Sequence record: CM037205.1
DNA: 32,000 bases
Strand: one strand, 5' to 3'
Position 1 is the stretch's first letter; each line of letters opens with the position of its first letter. The notes below the pieces were generated by a model, which was not told the DNA's origin, did not search any database, and worked only from the letters and a program-made list of their open reading frames with translations. This document shows, piece after piece, positions 1 through 11,741 of this stretch. The position numbers and the translations under genes were made by a program.

Positions 1-1299
1 GGGCCGGAGGGACCGATTCACTCTGCGCCGATTCACGGGGCGCAGAAACCCTGGAACCTTCGGCGATCCCGGATCCCACGGGATTGGTCGTTACTCATGT
101 CAGCATGCTCACTTCCGACACCTCCAGCGGACCTCGCGACCCGCCTTCTTCGGCCCACGGAACGTTCCGCTACCGCTCGGCACGCGGCGAAATCGCCTTC
201 GGCCGAGCTCGCCGCTTCGGTGCGCCCATGGAGCCCCGGTACATTCTCGGCGGGCGTGCCCTCGACCAGTGCGCTCTTACGCGTTCCTCCGAGGATGGCT
301 GCTTCCAAGCCCACCTCCTGGCTGTCTTCGGGCGCGCCCCTCCTTTCCCACTGGTGGGCGGCTTGGGGACCTTAGCGGGCGATCCGGGCTGTTTCCCTTT
401 CGACCTTCGATCTTCGCACCGAAGGTCTGTCTGCTCGGGGGACTGGCGCCGGCATTGGAAGGTGGTCGGGGCGAAAGCGTTGCCGTACCCCAACCGCGCT
501 CTACCTCCGGTCCAGTGCACCCGAACGCGCTACCTCCATAGCTTTCGCGGAAAACCAGCGATCTCCGAGTTTGATTGGCCTTTCACCCCTAATCCCAGGT
601 CTTCCCCTCCTTTTGCCACAGAAGTGGGTGCGGTCCTCCAGGAGGTTGTCCCCCCCCTTCGACCTGCCCAGGACTCGAGCACTCGGTTTCGGGTCCCCCC
701 CGCGCAACCATGCGCCCTCGAAAGACTCGGGTTGCCTGCGCCTACACCTACCGGCTGAAGCGCGCTGCGCAGGAGGACTCGCTGACCCATGATACAAAAG
801 GTACGCCGTCATCTCGACCGCCGGGACTTCGCCCCGCGGGAGACTCCGACCGACGGTACGCCTCGGGATGCAGGCGTCTCTTTCACTCCCCTGCTCGGGG
901 TTCTTTTCACCTTTCCCTCGCGGTACTGGTGCACTATCGGTCCTCCCCATTGGCTCAGGCTTCGAGGGTGGTCCCCCGCGCTTCCACCCCCCTGGGAGGA
1001 GGGGCGTACTGCGAGCCGAACGCCATGGAGAGGGTCGCCGAGCCGGGGACGGGACTGTCACCCTCTGCGGTGCGGGATTCCACCCGCTTCCCGGCTCGGC
1101 CGCCCTTGGCGTTCGGCGCCTGCTCCGCCTTCGCTCGCCGCTACTGACGGAGTCTCGGTTGATTTCCTTTCCACCGGCTACTGGGATGGTTCGGTTCGCC
1201 GGCGTTTCCAGGAAGGGGGGTTGGGCCCCCTTCCCGATCGGTTTCCCGGGAGGACATCCACGGATCGCGGGGGGCTCCTCCCCGTGGCCTTTCGCGGCG
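1..1299 (-). rRNA. rnl: Large-subunit (23S-like) rRNA, copy A, 5' part only; continues beyond the window
   Basis: Exact reverse complement of 22400..23698. That stretch contains GAACCGAACCATCCCAGTAGCCGGTGGAAAGGAAATCAACCGAGACTCCGTCAGTAGCGGCGAGCGAA, the 23S domain I signature. Confidence 0.9.
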
Positions 1300-1343
1300 G
1301 TGCGCGTCCTCGTGTGGGGGAGGCCTAGGCATTCTCCCAAGGC

Positions 1344-1417
1344 GGACGGAAGCGGGACTCGAACCCACGACCTGCGGAGTATGATTCCGCGGTTCTACCC
1401 GGCTGAACTATTCCGTC
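1344..1417 (-). tRNA. tRNA with CAU anticodon in the rrs-rnl spacer (Ile-lysidine type or elongator Met), copy A
   Basis: Reverse complement of 22282..22355; see copy B for the hand-folded cloverleaf. Confidence 0.8.
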
Positions 1418-1684
1418 GGCGAGCGCGCCGCGTCTCCCACCACCGGCAGTACCTACGGCGACCCGGGGGGGCACCCATCGAGATCGGAGGGGTTCGGGTG
1501 GGCACCCGGGACCCGCGCTCGCTATTTAGGGCGAGCAAAGCCGGGGCAACCCCCGCGCCTTTCCGCGCGCCAAGCCGGGGGAGTGCGGCGCGCCAAGTGG
1601 CTGCTTCGGGGCGTGCAGCCGGGGCAGCGGCTTCCCCGGGGCGCCCCGCAGAATTATCCTTCTCCATTCATCGGCACGAGGCCG

Positions 1685-3163
<1,479 letters not shown>

Positions 3164-3267
3164 CTATGGGTCCCCGGGCCCATTTGGACCCGGAGCGAAG
3201 CCCTTCCGAAAGGGGAAGGGCTCGAACAGCCCCGCCGGACGTGCGCGCCGGCGGCGACTGGAGGAAA

Positions 3268-3360
3268 GCGCAATGAACGATCTCGTCCTCGCGCAAAAGC
3301 GCAATGAACGATCTCGTCCTCGCGCAAAAGCGCAATGAACGATCTCGTCCTCGCGCAAAG
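3268..3360. repeat. Tandem repeat, 31 bp x 3 (GCGCAATGAACGATCTCGTCCTCGCGCAAAA)
   Basis: Three head-to-tail units at 3268-3298, 3299-3329 and 3330-3360. Only the last base differs. The array lies between the cox1 stop and the repeat boundary. Confidence 0.95.
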
Positions 3361-3380
3361 GCACTCTGAGCACCTTCGCC

Positions 3381-5508
<2,128 letters not shown>

Positions 5509-5513
5509 TCTCC

Positions 5514-5963
5514 TTACTCGGTCTCCAAGACCTCCACCAGGCGCGCCGTCCAGGCCTCCCCCGCGGTGGGGGCGACCTCCAGGGCGCACCAGGGGTGCAA
5601 GCGCTGGCGCCAGTGGCGTGCGAGACGCGCCTCCAGGTGCCAGGCTAGATAGGCCGCTTGGGCCGGGGCCAAGGCCCCGACCTGAAGGGAGCGCCAAGCG
5701 CCCTCCTCCCAGGTGCGGCTGTCCTGTGCGCAGCGTGCGAGAAGCTGCGCACAGCGCCCAACTTCCCGCGCGGCGGGCGCGCCCGCGGGGGCGGGGAAGC
5801 GGGCCACTTGGGCCTCTCCCGCCTCGCGGCGCAGGGCGCGGTATTTGAGCGCGCGGCTCAATGCGGGCAGTACGCCCTTCACGAGACTCACGTAGAGCGC
5901 GCCGAAGCTCGCTAGAAACCACACCCACTGGGGGTAGAAGCCCACCACGTCCAACTGAGGCAC
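5514..5963 (-). CDS. atp8: ATP synthase F0 subunit 8 (A6L / ymf19), GTG start
   Basis: ORF begins (GTG)M-PQLDVVGFYPQWVWFLASFGALYV, the canonical MPQLD atp8 N-terminus plus one TM helix. It sits directly upstream of atp4, as in many mtDNAs. AAAAGGAGGG lies 7 nt upstream of the start. Confidence 0.85.
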   Translation of the reverse strand: MPQLDVVGFYPQWVWFLASFGALYVSLVKGVLPALSRALKYRALRREAGEAQVARFPAPAGAPAAREVGRCAQLLARCAQDSRTWEEGAWRSLQVGALAPAQAAYLAWHLEARLARHWRQRLHPWCALEVAPTAGEAWTARLVEVLETE

Positions 5964-6067
5964 GAGGGTTCCCTCCTTTTACGTCGAAGCTTTCGCCTCG
6001 ACAGCGACGATTCCCCCCCTGGACACCGCAGAATCCCCCGTACAATAGGGGAAGGCCTTCGCGGGGT

Positions 6068-6370
6068 TCAGCCCTTCAAAAGGTGGATGAACTCCACGGC
6101 CAAGGTGCCGCGCACGCGGAAGTACACCACCAGAAGCGCCAACCCGATGGCCGACTCCGCCGCCGCCACCGTCAGCACCAGCAGCGCGAACACCTGCCCT
6201 ACCTGGTCGTCCAAGTAGGCAGAGAAGAACAGCAGGTTCAGGTTGACGGCCAGGAGCAGCAGTTCGATGGACATCAGCATCACCAGGAGGTTGCGTCGAT
6301 TCAGAAAGATGCCCCACAGGCCCAACAGAAAGAGGCCTAGGGAGAGCACCAGGCAGTGTACCAGGTCCAC
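6068..6370 (-). CDS. nad4L: NADH dehydrogenase subunit 4L, GTG start
   Basis: 100 aa: [47 protein letters not shown]...[13 protein letters not shown], a typical NuoK/ND4L. The start codon is rc of 6368-6370 = GTG. Confidence 0.93.
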   Translation of the reverse strand: MDLVHCLVLSLGLFLLGLWGIFLNRRNLLVMLMSIELLLLAVNLNLLFFSAYLDDQVGQVFALLVLTVAAAESAIGLALLVVYFRVRGTLAVEFIHLLKG

Positions 6371-6388
6371 GGCGGGATTCCCTTCTTT

Positions 6389-6462
6389 TCAAGGTGGCAG
6401 GATTCGAACCTGCGGCCCCCTGTTCCCAAAACAGGTGCGCTGACCGACTGCGCTACACCCTG
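6389..6462 (-). tRNA. trnP(ugg): tRNA-Pro (UGG)
   Basis: Hand-folded. Acceptor CAGGGTG/CACCTTG, anticodon stem CCTGT/ACAGG with loop TTTGGGA, T arm GCAGG-TTCGAAT-CCTGC. Confidence 0.88.
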
Positions 6463-6475
6463 GTGCCAGGTGCAA

Positions 6476-6549
6476 TGCACCCTACAGGGTTCGAACCTGT
6501 GACCCCCAGCTTAGAAGACCGGCGCTCTCTCCCACTGAGCTAAGGGTGC
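6476..6549 (-). tRNA. trnR(ucu): tRNA-Arg (UCU)
   Basis: Hand-folded. Acceptor GCACCCT/AGGGTGC, anticodon loop CTTCTAA, T arm ACAGG-TTCGAAC-CCTGT. Confidence 0.88.
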
Positions 6550-6806
6550 TGGAGACCGTCGGCGCGCAGAAGGCGCGTAAGCCGGGTTCCGTCCCGCCCC
6601 CCTTCGGGGGCGTGGGCGCGCATTCCTCTGGGGTCGCACCGAGCGACCTGGTTCCGCGCCCGCGGGGGGTTTGGCCCACCTGCCCGCGCGTCACCGCGCG
6701 GGGGGACTTGCATCGCCGCCCCCGAAGGGGCGGCCCTGGTCCACTTTCCCGAAGCTCGCGCTCGAGGGGCATTGCCCCTCCCGCACCTGGGCGCGGCCCG
6801 GACTTT

Positions 6807-6881
6807 CCTCACGAAGGGCGGTTCCGATGGAGCCGCTTCGTGAAGCCCCTCACGAAGGGCGGTTCCCATGGAGCCGCTTCG
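6807..6881. repeat. Tandem repeat, about 41 bp x 2 (CCTCACGAAGGGCGGTTCC-N-ATGGAGCCGCTTCG)
   Basis: Two adjacent near-identical units. Each can form an imperfect CGAAG..CTTCG hairpin. Confidence 0.9.
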
Positions 6882-6931
6882 CGCGCGCGCCGCGCCTTCT
6901 GCGTGCTTGTGCTGCCCTCCCCCCACGCACC

Positions 6932-7003
6932 GCGGGCATGGATGAAGGGTGAAATTATCTGCCTTCCAAGCAGAGGATATGGGTTCGAATCCCATTGCCC
7001 GCA
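6932..7003 (+). tRNA. trnG(ucc): tRNA-Gly (UCC)
   Basis: Acceptor GCGGGCA/TGCCCGC, anticodon stem TCTGC/GCAGA with loop CTTCCAA, T arm ATGGG-TTCGAAT-CCCAT. The D stem is weak (one mismatch). Confidence 0.82.
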
Positions 7004-7008
7004 GCCCC

Positions 7009-7088
7009 GCTCACTTGGTGGAATCGGTAGACACGGTAGACTCAAACTCTGCTCCTTCAGGGTCTCGGTTCGAGTCCGAGAGTGAGCA
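7009..7088 (+). tRNA. trnL(caa): tRNA-Leu (CAA), long variable arm
   Basis: Acceptor GCTCACT/AGTGAGC, anticodon stem GTAGA/TCTGC with loop CTCAAAC, variable arm TCCTTCAGGGT, T arm CTCGG-TTCGAGT-CCGAG. Confidence 0.85.
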
Positions 7089-7141
7089 TCGCCACCGCCC
7101 GGGAGGTGTACCCTCCCGCCTCCGACAAGGACAGGCCGCCC

Positions 7142-7723
7142 ATGCGCTACACGCCTCGCGTCAAAGCCGGTCGCCGCCTCGGCGGTACCCTCTTTCCCAC
7201 CCAACATCCGCTGCGCGCAGCCCCCCCGCGACCTCGCGGAGGACCCGCTGCCCCCAACAGCTACCGCGCCCGCGTGGAGGCACGACGCACCTTGAAAGCG
7301 CTCTACGGGGCGCTCCCTACGGGCCCGCTACAGCGCGCGTTGCGCCGCTCGGGGGGCGATCCTTTGGCGCTACTGCGACGTCTGGAGTGCCGCTTGGACG
7401 TGCTGCTGTACCGCAGCAACTGGGCATTGACCTTGCGCGAAGCGCGCCACACCGTGGTGCGCGGGGGGGTCCAGGTCAACGGATCCACCCAGTCCCTCCC
7501 CGGGCAAGCCCTGCGCCCCGGGGACCTGTTTCAAATCGATCCGCGCTGGGCGCCCCGCGTGGCCGAGCGACTGCGCACCAACCTGCGCGACCGGCGCTTT
7601 CTGCAGCATCGTCCGCCGCACCTGGAGGTGCGCGACGCCACGCTGCAGGCCTTCCTGCTGTTCCCGCCCCAGGAGATGCGCCAGCCTCTGCCCCTCCCTC
7701 TGCACGCCCTCAAGGTCCGTTAG
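7142..7723 (+). CDS. rps4: Ribosomal protein S4
   Basis: ORF 7082..7723 trimmed to the ATG at 7142, because the upstream start overlaps trnL. Begins MRYTPRVKAGRRLGG and contains SYRARVEARRTLKALYG and LECRLDVLLYRSNWALTLREARHTVVRGGVQVNG, the S4 domain. Confidence 0.82.
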   Translation: MRYTPRVKAGRRLGGTLFPTQHPLRAAPPRPRGGPAAPNSYRARVEARRTLKALYGALPTGPLQRALRRSGGDPLALLRRLECRLDVLLYRSNWALTLREARHTVVRGGVQVNGSTQSLPGQALRPGDLFQIDPRWAPRVAERLRTNLRDRRFLQHRPPHLEVRDATLQAFLLFPPQEMRQPLPLPLHALKVR

Positions 7724-8508
7724 CGGGATCCTGCGCCGCGCGGATCGATCCGTGCGGTGCGCCGACGCGCCACCCGGGAGAGCCACAGCCCGCCCTCCAA
7801 CCACGCGCCCCCGCCCAGGGTGGCGAGGGCTTGCAGGCCCGCTTCGGGCGGGCAGAACAGGGCACTGCCCAGCGCCACACCGAGCCACAATCGACCCCGC
7901 GGGGGGACCGAATGCCCATGCAGGTACCGCACCCCGAGGGGCAGGGCGAGGCAGAGCGCCAAGCCCGCGAGCTGGGTGCGGCCCCCCGCCTCTCGGAGGG
8001 AAGCGAGGCGGGGTTGAAACTGCACCCCTTCGCCCTGGAAGTGATGCGCGAGCTCCCCCAACAGGGGCCACAGCAGGCCGCCCACCAGGGGAAAACTCGC
8101 CCCCCAGGCGAGCCCCAGCGACCGCCCCCAGGCGGCCGCGCGGTGCGCTTCACGCCGGTACAAGCTGGGCCGCAGGAAGCACAGCGCCGCGTAGAGCAGC
8201 ACGGGCAGGTGCAGCAGCAGGGCCAAGTGCAGGGCGAGGCCCAGGTGGGTACGTAGGGCCTCCGTGGGGTGAAGGAAGAGGACGGTGGGCACGTCCAGGG
8301 GCAGGGTCCCGAGGTAGAGGGCCAACAGCGCTTCGCCCTGGCAGTAGGCCACGCTCGCGGAGAGGGCGAGGCCGCCCAGGGCGCAGCTCAGGCGTCCCCG
8401 TGCCTCCCCCCAAACCCGGCGCCAAGGCTCGGATGGAGAGGGATTCGAACCCCCGGTATTTTGCAATACGTCAGTTTTCAAGACTGATACCTTCGACCGC
8501 TCAGACAT
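7720..8508 (-). CDS. tatC: Sec-independent translocase TatC (mttB / ymf16); 5' end uncertain
   Basis: VWGEARGRLSCALGG aligns to the TatC N-terminal HL-ELR-RL motif. LHPTEALRTHLGLALHLALLLHLPVLLYAALCFLRPSLYRREAH aligns to the TatC P-x-E...PgLY..E core. The only ATG of the ORF (8508) lies inside trnS(uga) on the same strand. A CTG at 8391 preceded by GGGGGAGG is an alternative start. Confidence 0.72.
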   Translation of the reverse strand: MSERSKVSVLKTDVLQNTGGSNPSPSEPWRRVWGEARGRLSCALGGLALSASVAYCQGEALLALYLGTLPLDVPTVLFLHPTEALRTHLGLALHLALLLHLPVLLYAALCFLRPSLYRREAHRAAAWGRSLGLAWGASFPLVGGLLWPLLGELAHHFQGEGVQFQPRLASLREAGGRTQLAGLALCLALPLGVRYLHGHSVPPRGRLWLGVALGSALFCPPEAGLQALATLGGGAWLEGGLWLSRVARRRTARIDPRGAGSR

Positions 8509-8514
8509 CCATCC
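8430..8514 (-). tRNA. trnS(uga): tRNA-Ser (UGA), long variable arm
   Basis: Acceptor GGATGGA/TCCATCC, anticodon stem TCAGT/ACTGA with loop CTTGAAA, long variable arm, T loop TTCGAAT. Confidence 0.87.
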
Positions 8515-8517
8515 CGA

Positions 8518-8590
8518 TGGCGGGAGTAGGACTCGAACCTACATGCTTCAGATCATGAGCCTGACGAGTTACCCATTACTCGATCCCGCG
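8518..8590 (-). tRNA. trnfM(cau): Initiator-type tRNA-Met (CAU)
   Basis: D stem GAGT/ACTC and anticodon arm TCAGG-CTCATGA-TCTGA closely resemble organellar tRNA-fMet (..CTCATCAGGCTCATGACCTGA..). Position 1:72 is unpaired (C:C), as expected for initiators. Confidence 0.78.
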
Positions 8591-8611
8591 CCGGTGCCTG
8601 AGCTGGGCGAT

Positions 8612-8683
8612 TGGGTACGGCAGGGGTCGAACCTGCGACCCCCGGGTTAAAAGCCCGACGCTCTGCCCCTGAGCTACGTACCC
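8612..8683 (-). tRNA. trnK(uuu): tRNA-Lys (UUU)
   Basis: Acceptor GGGTACG/CGTACCC, D stem GCTC/GAGC, anticodon loop CTTTTAA, T arm GCAGG-TTCGACC-CCTGC. Confidence 0.88.
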
Positions 8684-8691
8684 CGATGCAC

Positions 8692-8772
8692 TGCGGATAG
8701 AGGGACTCGAACCCCCACGAATCGCTTCATCAGAACCTAAACCTGACATGTCTGCCATTTCATCATATCCGC
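8692..8772 (-). tRNA. trnL(uag): tRNA-Leu (UAG), long variable arm
   Basis: Acceptor GCGGATA/TATCCGC, anticodon stem TCAGG/TCTGA with loop TTTAGGT, long variable arm, T loop TTCGAGT. Confidence 0.85.
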
Positions 8773-8815
8773 GAGGCGGGGAGGGGAGGTCCGCCTTGGG
8801 CGGACCCCGGCTTCC

Positions 8816-9037
8816 CTAGAACACGAAGAGGATCAAGAACGCCATCATGAGCGCGAAAAGCGCGATGGCCTCGGTGAGGGCGAAGCCGAGGATGGCGTAC
8901 CCGAAGAGTTGCTTGGTCAGCGAGGGATTGCGCGCCACGGCATTGATAAGCGAGGCGAACACCGTGCCGATGCCCACACCCGCGCCCGCCAAGGCCATGG
9001 TGGCGCATCCAGCACCGATCAGTTTGGCTCCTTCCAC
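8816..9037 (-). CDS. atp9: ATP synthase F0 subunit c, GTG start
   Basis: (GTG)[73 protein letters not shown] is near-identical to the consensus subunit c. The in-frame ATG would delete helix 1. AGAAGGAG lies 7 nt upstream of the GTG at 9037. Confidence 0.93.
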   Translation of the reverse strand: MEGAKLIGAGCATMALAGAGVGIGTVFASLINAVARNPSLTKQLFGYAILGFALTEAIALFALMMAFLILFVF

Positions 9038-9083
9038 TGGGAAGCTCCTTCTTTTGCCCGGTTCGAGGCGTACCCCGAGGGCT

Positions 9084-9440
9084 TTACAGACGCCGCGCTT
9101 TCGGAGGGCGACATCCATTGTAGGGAACAGGAGTGCGATCCTCCACGGAGAGCACCCGAAGTCCCCCCTGCACCAAACCGGCCAAGGACGCCTCTCGACC
9201 GTAGCCCACGCCCTTGAGTTTGGCGTGAACGCGGTGGCACCCCAGCTGCAGCGCGCGCTGCGCGAGGCGTTCCCCCGCCGCCTGGGCCCCATAGCTGGTG
9301 GATTTGTGCGCCCCGCGGAACCCCAAGGCACCGCAGGAGGCCCAACAGAGCACGTCCCCCTCGGGTGTCGTGCAAGTGAGGATCGTATTGTTGCGGGTGG
9401 TGTGTACGTGCACCACGCCTTCCCCCGTCCAAGAGCGCAC
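9084..9440 (-). CDS. rps11: Ribosomal protein S11, GTG start
   Basis: [47 protein letters not shown]...KGVGYGRE...[18 protein letters not shown], the canonical S11. Confidence 0.92.
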   Translation of the reverse strand: MRSWTGEGVVHVHTTRNNTILTCTTPEGDVLCWASCGALGFRGAHKSTSYGAQAAGERLAQRALQLGCHRVHAKLKGVGYGREASLAGLVQGGLRVLSVEDRTPVPYNGCRPPKARRL

Positions 9441-9461
9441 GAGCTCGATTCCTTTTTTGCC

Positions 9462-9815
9462 CTACACCGCCGCCAATCGACGGCGCGCCGTTCGACCGTT
9501 GGTGTGGGTGCGCTGCCCGCGACAGGGAAGACCGCGCGCCAGGCGCTGGCCACGGCGCGTGCCCGCGCGCACCAAGCGCCCGTAGGCCTCCGCGCGCTGG
9601 GCGCGACACGCCGCCCCGGTGGCGTAGGCTGCGTGCACCCACTGGGTCAAACGGTCCAATTGGGCCGCCGAGAGCGCGCCCAAGGGCGTGCGCAGCGAGA
9701 GGCCCAACTGGGCACAAAGCCGAGACACGGAAGCGGGGCCAAGGCCCTCCACCTCTCCCAGGCAGCGTCCGAGCGCACGCGCGGGAGGAAAGTAGCGTTG
9801 CAAAAGATAAATCAC
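9462..9815 (-). CDS. rps13: Ribosomal protein S13, GTG start
   Basis: 117 aa ending [26 protein letters not shown] (S13 motif RG-RH--GLPvRGQrT-tNar). It lies between rpl6 and rps11, as in the bacterial spc/alpha operons. Confidence 0.85.
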   Translation of the reverse strand: MIYLLQRYFPPARALGRCLGEVEGLGPASVSRLCAQLGLSLRTPLGALSAAQLDRLTQWVHAAYATGAACRAQRAEAYGRLVRAGTRRGQRLARGLPCRGQRTHTNGRTARRRLAAV

Positions 9816-9864
9816 GCGAGTTTTCGTTTCTTCCCGGAAGAGAGACCGCCTTGAAGGCGGGACC

Positions 9865-10401
9865 TCACGCGCGCGTGCGCTTGCCCGCCTTGCGGATCAG
9901 AGGGCGCGCATCCCAGCACACCCCCTTGCCCGTGTAGGGATTGGGCGGGCGGAGCGCCACCAGACGGGACGCCCACTGCCCCACCACCGAGGCGTCCACC
10001 CCCAGAAGACGCACTTGCGTGGGCGAAGGGCACACCGCCGCCAGGGAGCGAGGCAGGTCCACGCGGTAGTCGCAGCTGTGCCCGAGGCGCAGGCGAAGGG
10101 ACTGCGCACCCGGAAGCCCTTGGGTCTGCGCGCGAAAGCCCACCCCGCGGAGCTCCAGGGAGACCAAACAGCCGTGCTGCACACCGGCCAATGCGCGGGT
10201 CAAACGGCGGTGCAGGGCAGCCGCCCCCTCCCCGCGCAGGTGCAGGGTGCGCTGGGGGGCGTCCCAGCGATACTGCGTCGCCTCAGGCCCGAGGGGCAGA
10301 GCGCAGCGTCCCAGCGGGCCCTCCACCACCCACGCTCGGGCGGTGCGTTGGAGGTGCACCGCGGGGGGCAAGGACAGCGCGGTCAAGGGAGAGCGGAACA
10401 T
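9865..10401 (-). CDS. rpl6: Ribosomal protein L6
   Basis: ATG at 10401 within ORF 9865..11043(-). LELRGVGFRAQ...LRLRLGHSCDYRVDLP...RLLGVDASVVGQWASRLVALRPPNPYTGKGVCWDARPLIRKAGK matches both L6 domains and the PePYkGKGi C-terminus. Confidence 0.82.
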   Translation of the reverse strand: MFRSPLTALSLPPAVHLQRTARAWVVEGPLGRCALPLGPEATQYRWDAPQRTLHLRGEGAAALHRRLTRALAGVQHGCLVSLELRGVGFRAQTQGLPGAQSLRLRLGHSCDYRVDLPRSLAAVCPSPTQVRLLGVDASVVGQWASRLVALRPPNPYTGKGVCWDARPLIRKAGKRTRA

Positions 10402-10430
10402 AGCGAATGCCTCCTTCTTGAGGGCCTCCC

Positions 10431-10808
10431 TCAGGAGGCGTCCAGGCGGCACAGCACCTCCCCTCCGACCCCCAAGGTGCGGGCGCGACGGGCCGAGAGC
10501 AGGCCACGGCTGGTGGAAAGGATCCAGTCCCCTCCAGGGCGTCGTTGCAACTGGCGCTGCGTCCAGTACACGCGACCGCCGGGTTTGGAGATGCGCACCA
10601 GGCGCGTCCAGGCGGGCACCCCGTCGGCGCCGCGCGCCAGATGCGCGACGAGACGGGTGCCCTCCAATCGAAAGCCACGGATCCAACCTTCCTCTCGCAG
10701 GACGCGCAGTAGGTCCCAGGCAAAGGTGGAAGGCAGGAGTGAGGCTTGGGCACTTCCGGCACGCACCGCGTGCTGAAGGGCCGTGTACAAGCGATGGGGC
10801 GTATCCAC
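10431..10808 (-). CDS. rps8: Ribosomal protein S8, GTG start
   Basis: LRVLREEGWIRGF...VRISKPGGRVYW...ILSTSRGLLSARRARTLGVGGEVLC matches S8 (L--EGyI--f, iSkPg-RvY, sTs-Gvm---Ar---vGGE-lc). Confidence 0.88.
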   Translation of the reverse strand: MDTPHRLYTALQHAVRAGSAQASLLPSTFAWDLLRVLREEGWIRGFRLEGTRLVAHLARGADGVPAWTRLVRISKPGGRVYWTQRQLQRRPGGDWILSTSRGLLSARRARTLGVGGEVLCRLDAS

Positions 10809-10820
10809 GAAGCGTCCTCC

Positions 10821-11114
10821 TTACCAGCTCGTACGGTGGAGGCCAGGCAACCACCCCCGAGCGGCCAAATCGCGCAGGGCGATACGGCTCAAACGGAACG
10901 CGCGCAGCACCCCACGCCCGCGACCCGTCCACAGGCAACGGTTGCGCAGGCGTCCCGCCGTTCCCTCCCCACCAAGGGTGCTCAGGGCTTCCTGCGCGCG
11001 CAGGGCGCGCGGGCCCGGCCCCGAAAAGCGCAGGGTCTTCCACACCAGACGGGTCACTTCGGTGCGGCGCAGCGCGCTACGGCGCCTGCGGTCGCGTCGC
11101 AGGGCGTGATGCAT
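10821..11114 (-). CDS. rps14: Ribosomal protein S14
   Basis: RLRNRCLWTGRGRGVLRAFRLSRIALRDLAARGWLPGLHRTSW is the canonical S14 C-terminus (RnRC--tGR-rg----f-lsRi-fRe-a--g-lPG--KaSW). Confidence 0.92.
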   Translation of the reverse strand: MHHALRRDRRRRSALRRTEVTRLVWKTLRFSGPGPRALRAQEALSTLGGEGTAGRLRNRCLWTGRGRGVLRAFRLSRIALRDLAARGWLPGLHRTSW

Positions 11115-11664
11115 GGGACCTTCCTTTCTCCTGCAGGGGAATCTGCCAAGCGCTGAGCAGGGTGCCCAGCCCGCGAGGCGGCGAGACGCGCACCTCCAGA
11201 TCCGCGCCGGGCCCCCCCCAGCGACGGGTTTCCTGCGCCTCGAAGACGCTCAAACCACCCCACCCCCCGCCGAGACGAAGGGCCAATCGCCCCCCCAGAG
11301 CGGGGGAAACGGAAAGGGGTTGAAAGTGATCCTCCCGTGGCCAACGCTCGTGCACCAGCTGTTCGAGCAGGCGCAGGGCGCGGGTGCCGCGCAGCGTGGT
11401 GCGTCCCCCCAAGGGAACACCGGTGCGCAGACCGAAGCTCGCACAGGCACGGCGCGCACGCAGCACCTGGGGGTGCTGCCCCGTCCACAGCTCCAGGGCG
11501 AGCAGGGGAGGCAGGAGGGCGCGCCGATCCTGAGCGGCGGCCCCGAAGCTGAGGTGCACCGTGACCCGATCCAGGCGAGGCACCTGGTGCAGGTGAGCGC
11601 ACTGATGTTTCAGGAGCAGATCGGGGCAGATCACCGCCCGATAGTACCAATCCCAACGGTGCAT
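11077..11664 (-). CDS. rpl5: Ribosomal protein L5
   Basis: ATG at 11664 within ORF 11077..12072(-). VPRLDRVTVHLSFG...LALELWTGQHPQVLRARRACASFGLRTGVPLGGRTTLRGTRALRLLEQLV matches L5 (P-l-ki-vn-g-g...itGQkP...a-Fk-R-g-piG--vTLRg--my-Fl-kl). The 3' end overlaps the rps14 start by 38 nt. Confidence 0.85.
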   Translation of the reverse strand: MHRWDWYYRAVICPDLLLKHQCAHLHQVPRLDRVTVHLSFGAAAQDRRALLPPLLALELWTGQHPQVLRARRACASFGLRTGVPLGGRTTLRGTRALRLLEQLVHERWPREDHFQPLSVSPALGGRLALRLGGGWGGLSVFEAQETRRWGGPGADLEVRVSPPRGLGTLLSAWQIPLQEKGRSHASRPATRPQAP

Positions 11665-11741
11665 GGACGATGATTCCTTTTTCCCCTGAGGGAGAGGAGG
11701 GAAGTGCGGCTGCGCGCTCGGGGCGACGCTTCGCACCTCCT

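Noticed and set aside
7082-7141. An upstream start extending rps4 by 20 codons. There is a similar extension for nad5 (28408) and for the rps2 ORF (28556).
   Set aside because: The extensions overlap trnL(caa), trnF(gaa), or the antisense of trnF. The extra residues are simply translated tRNA sequence. Downstream ATGs with purine boxes fit the conserved N-termini.
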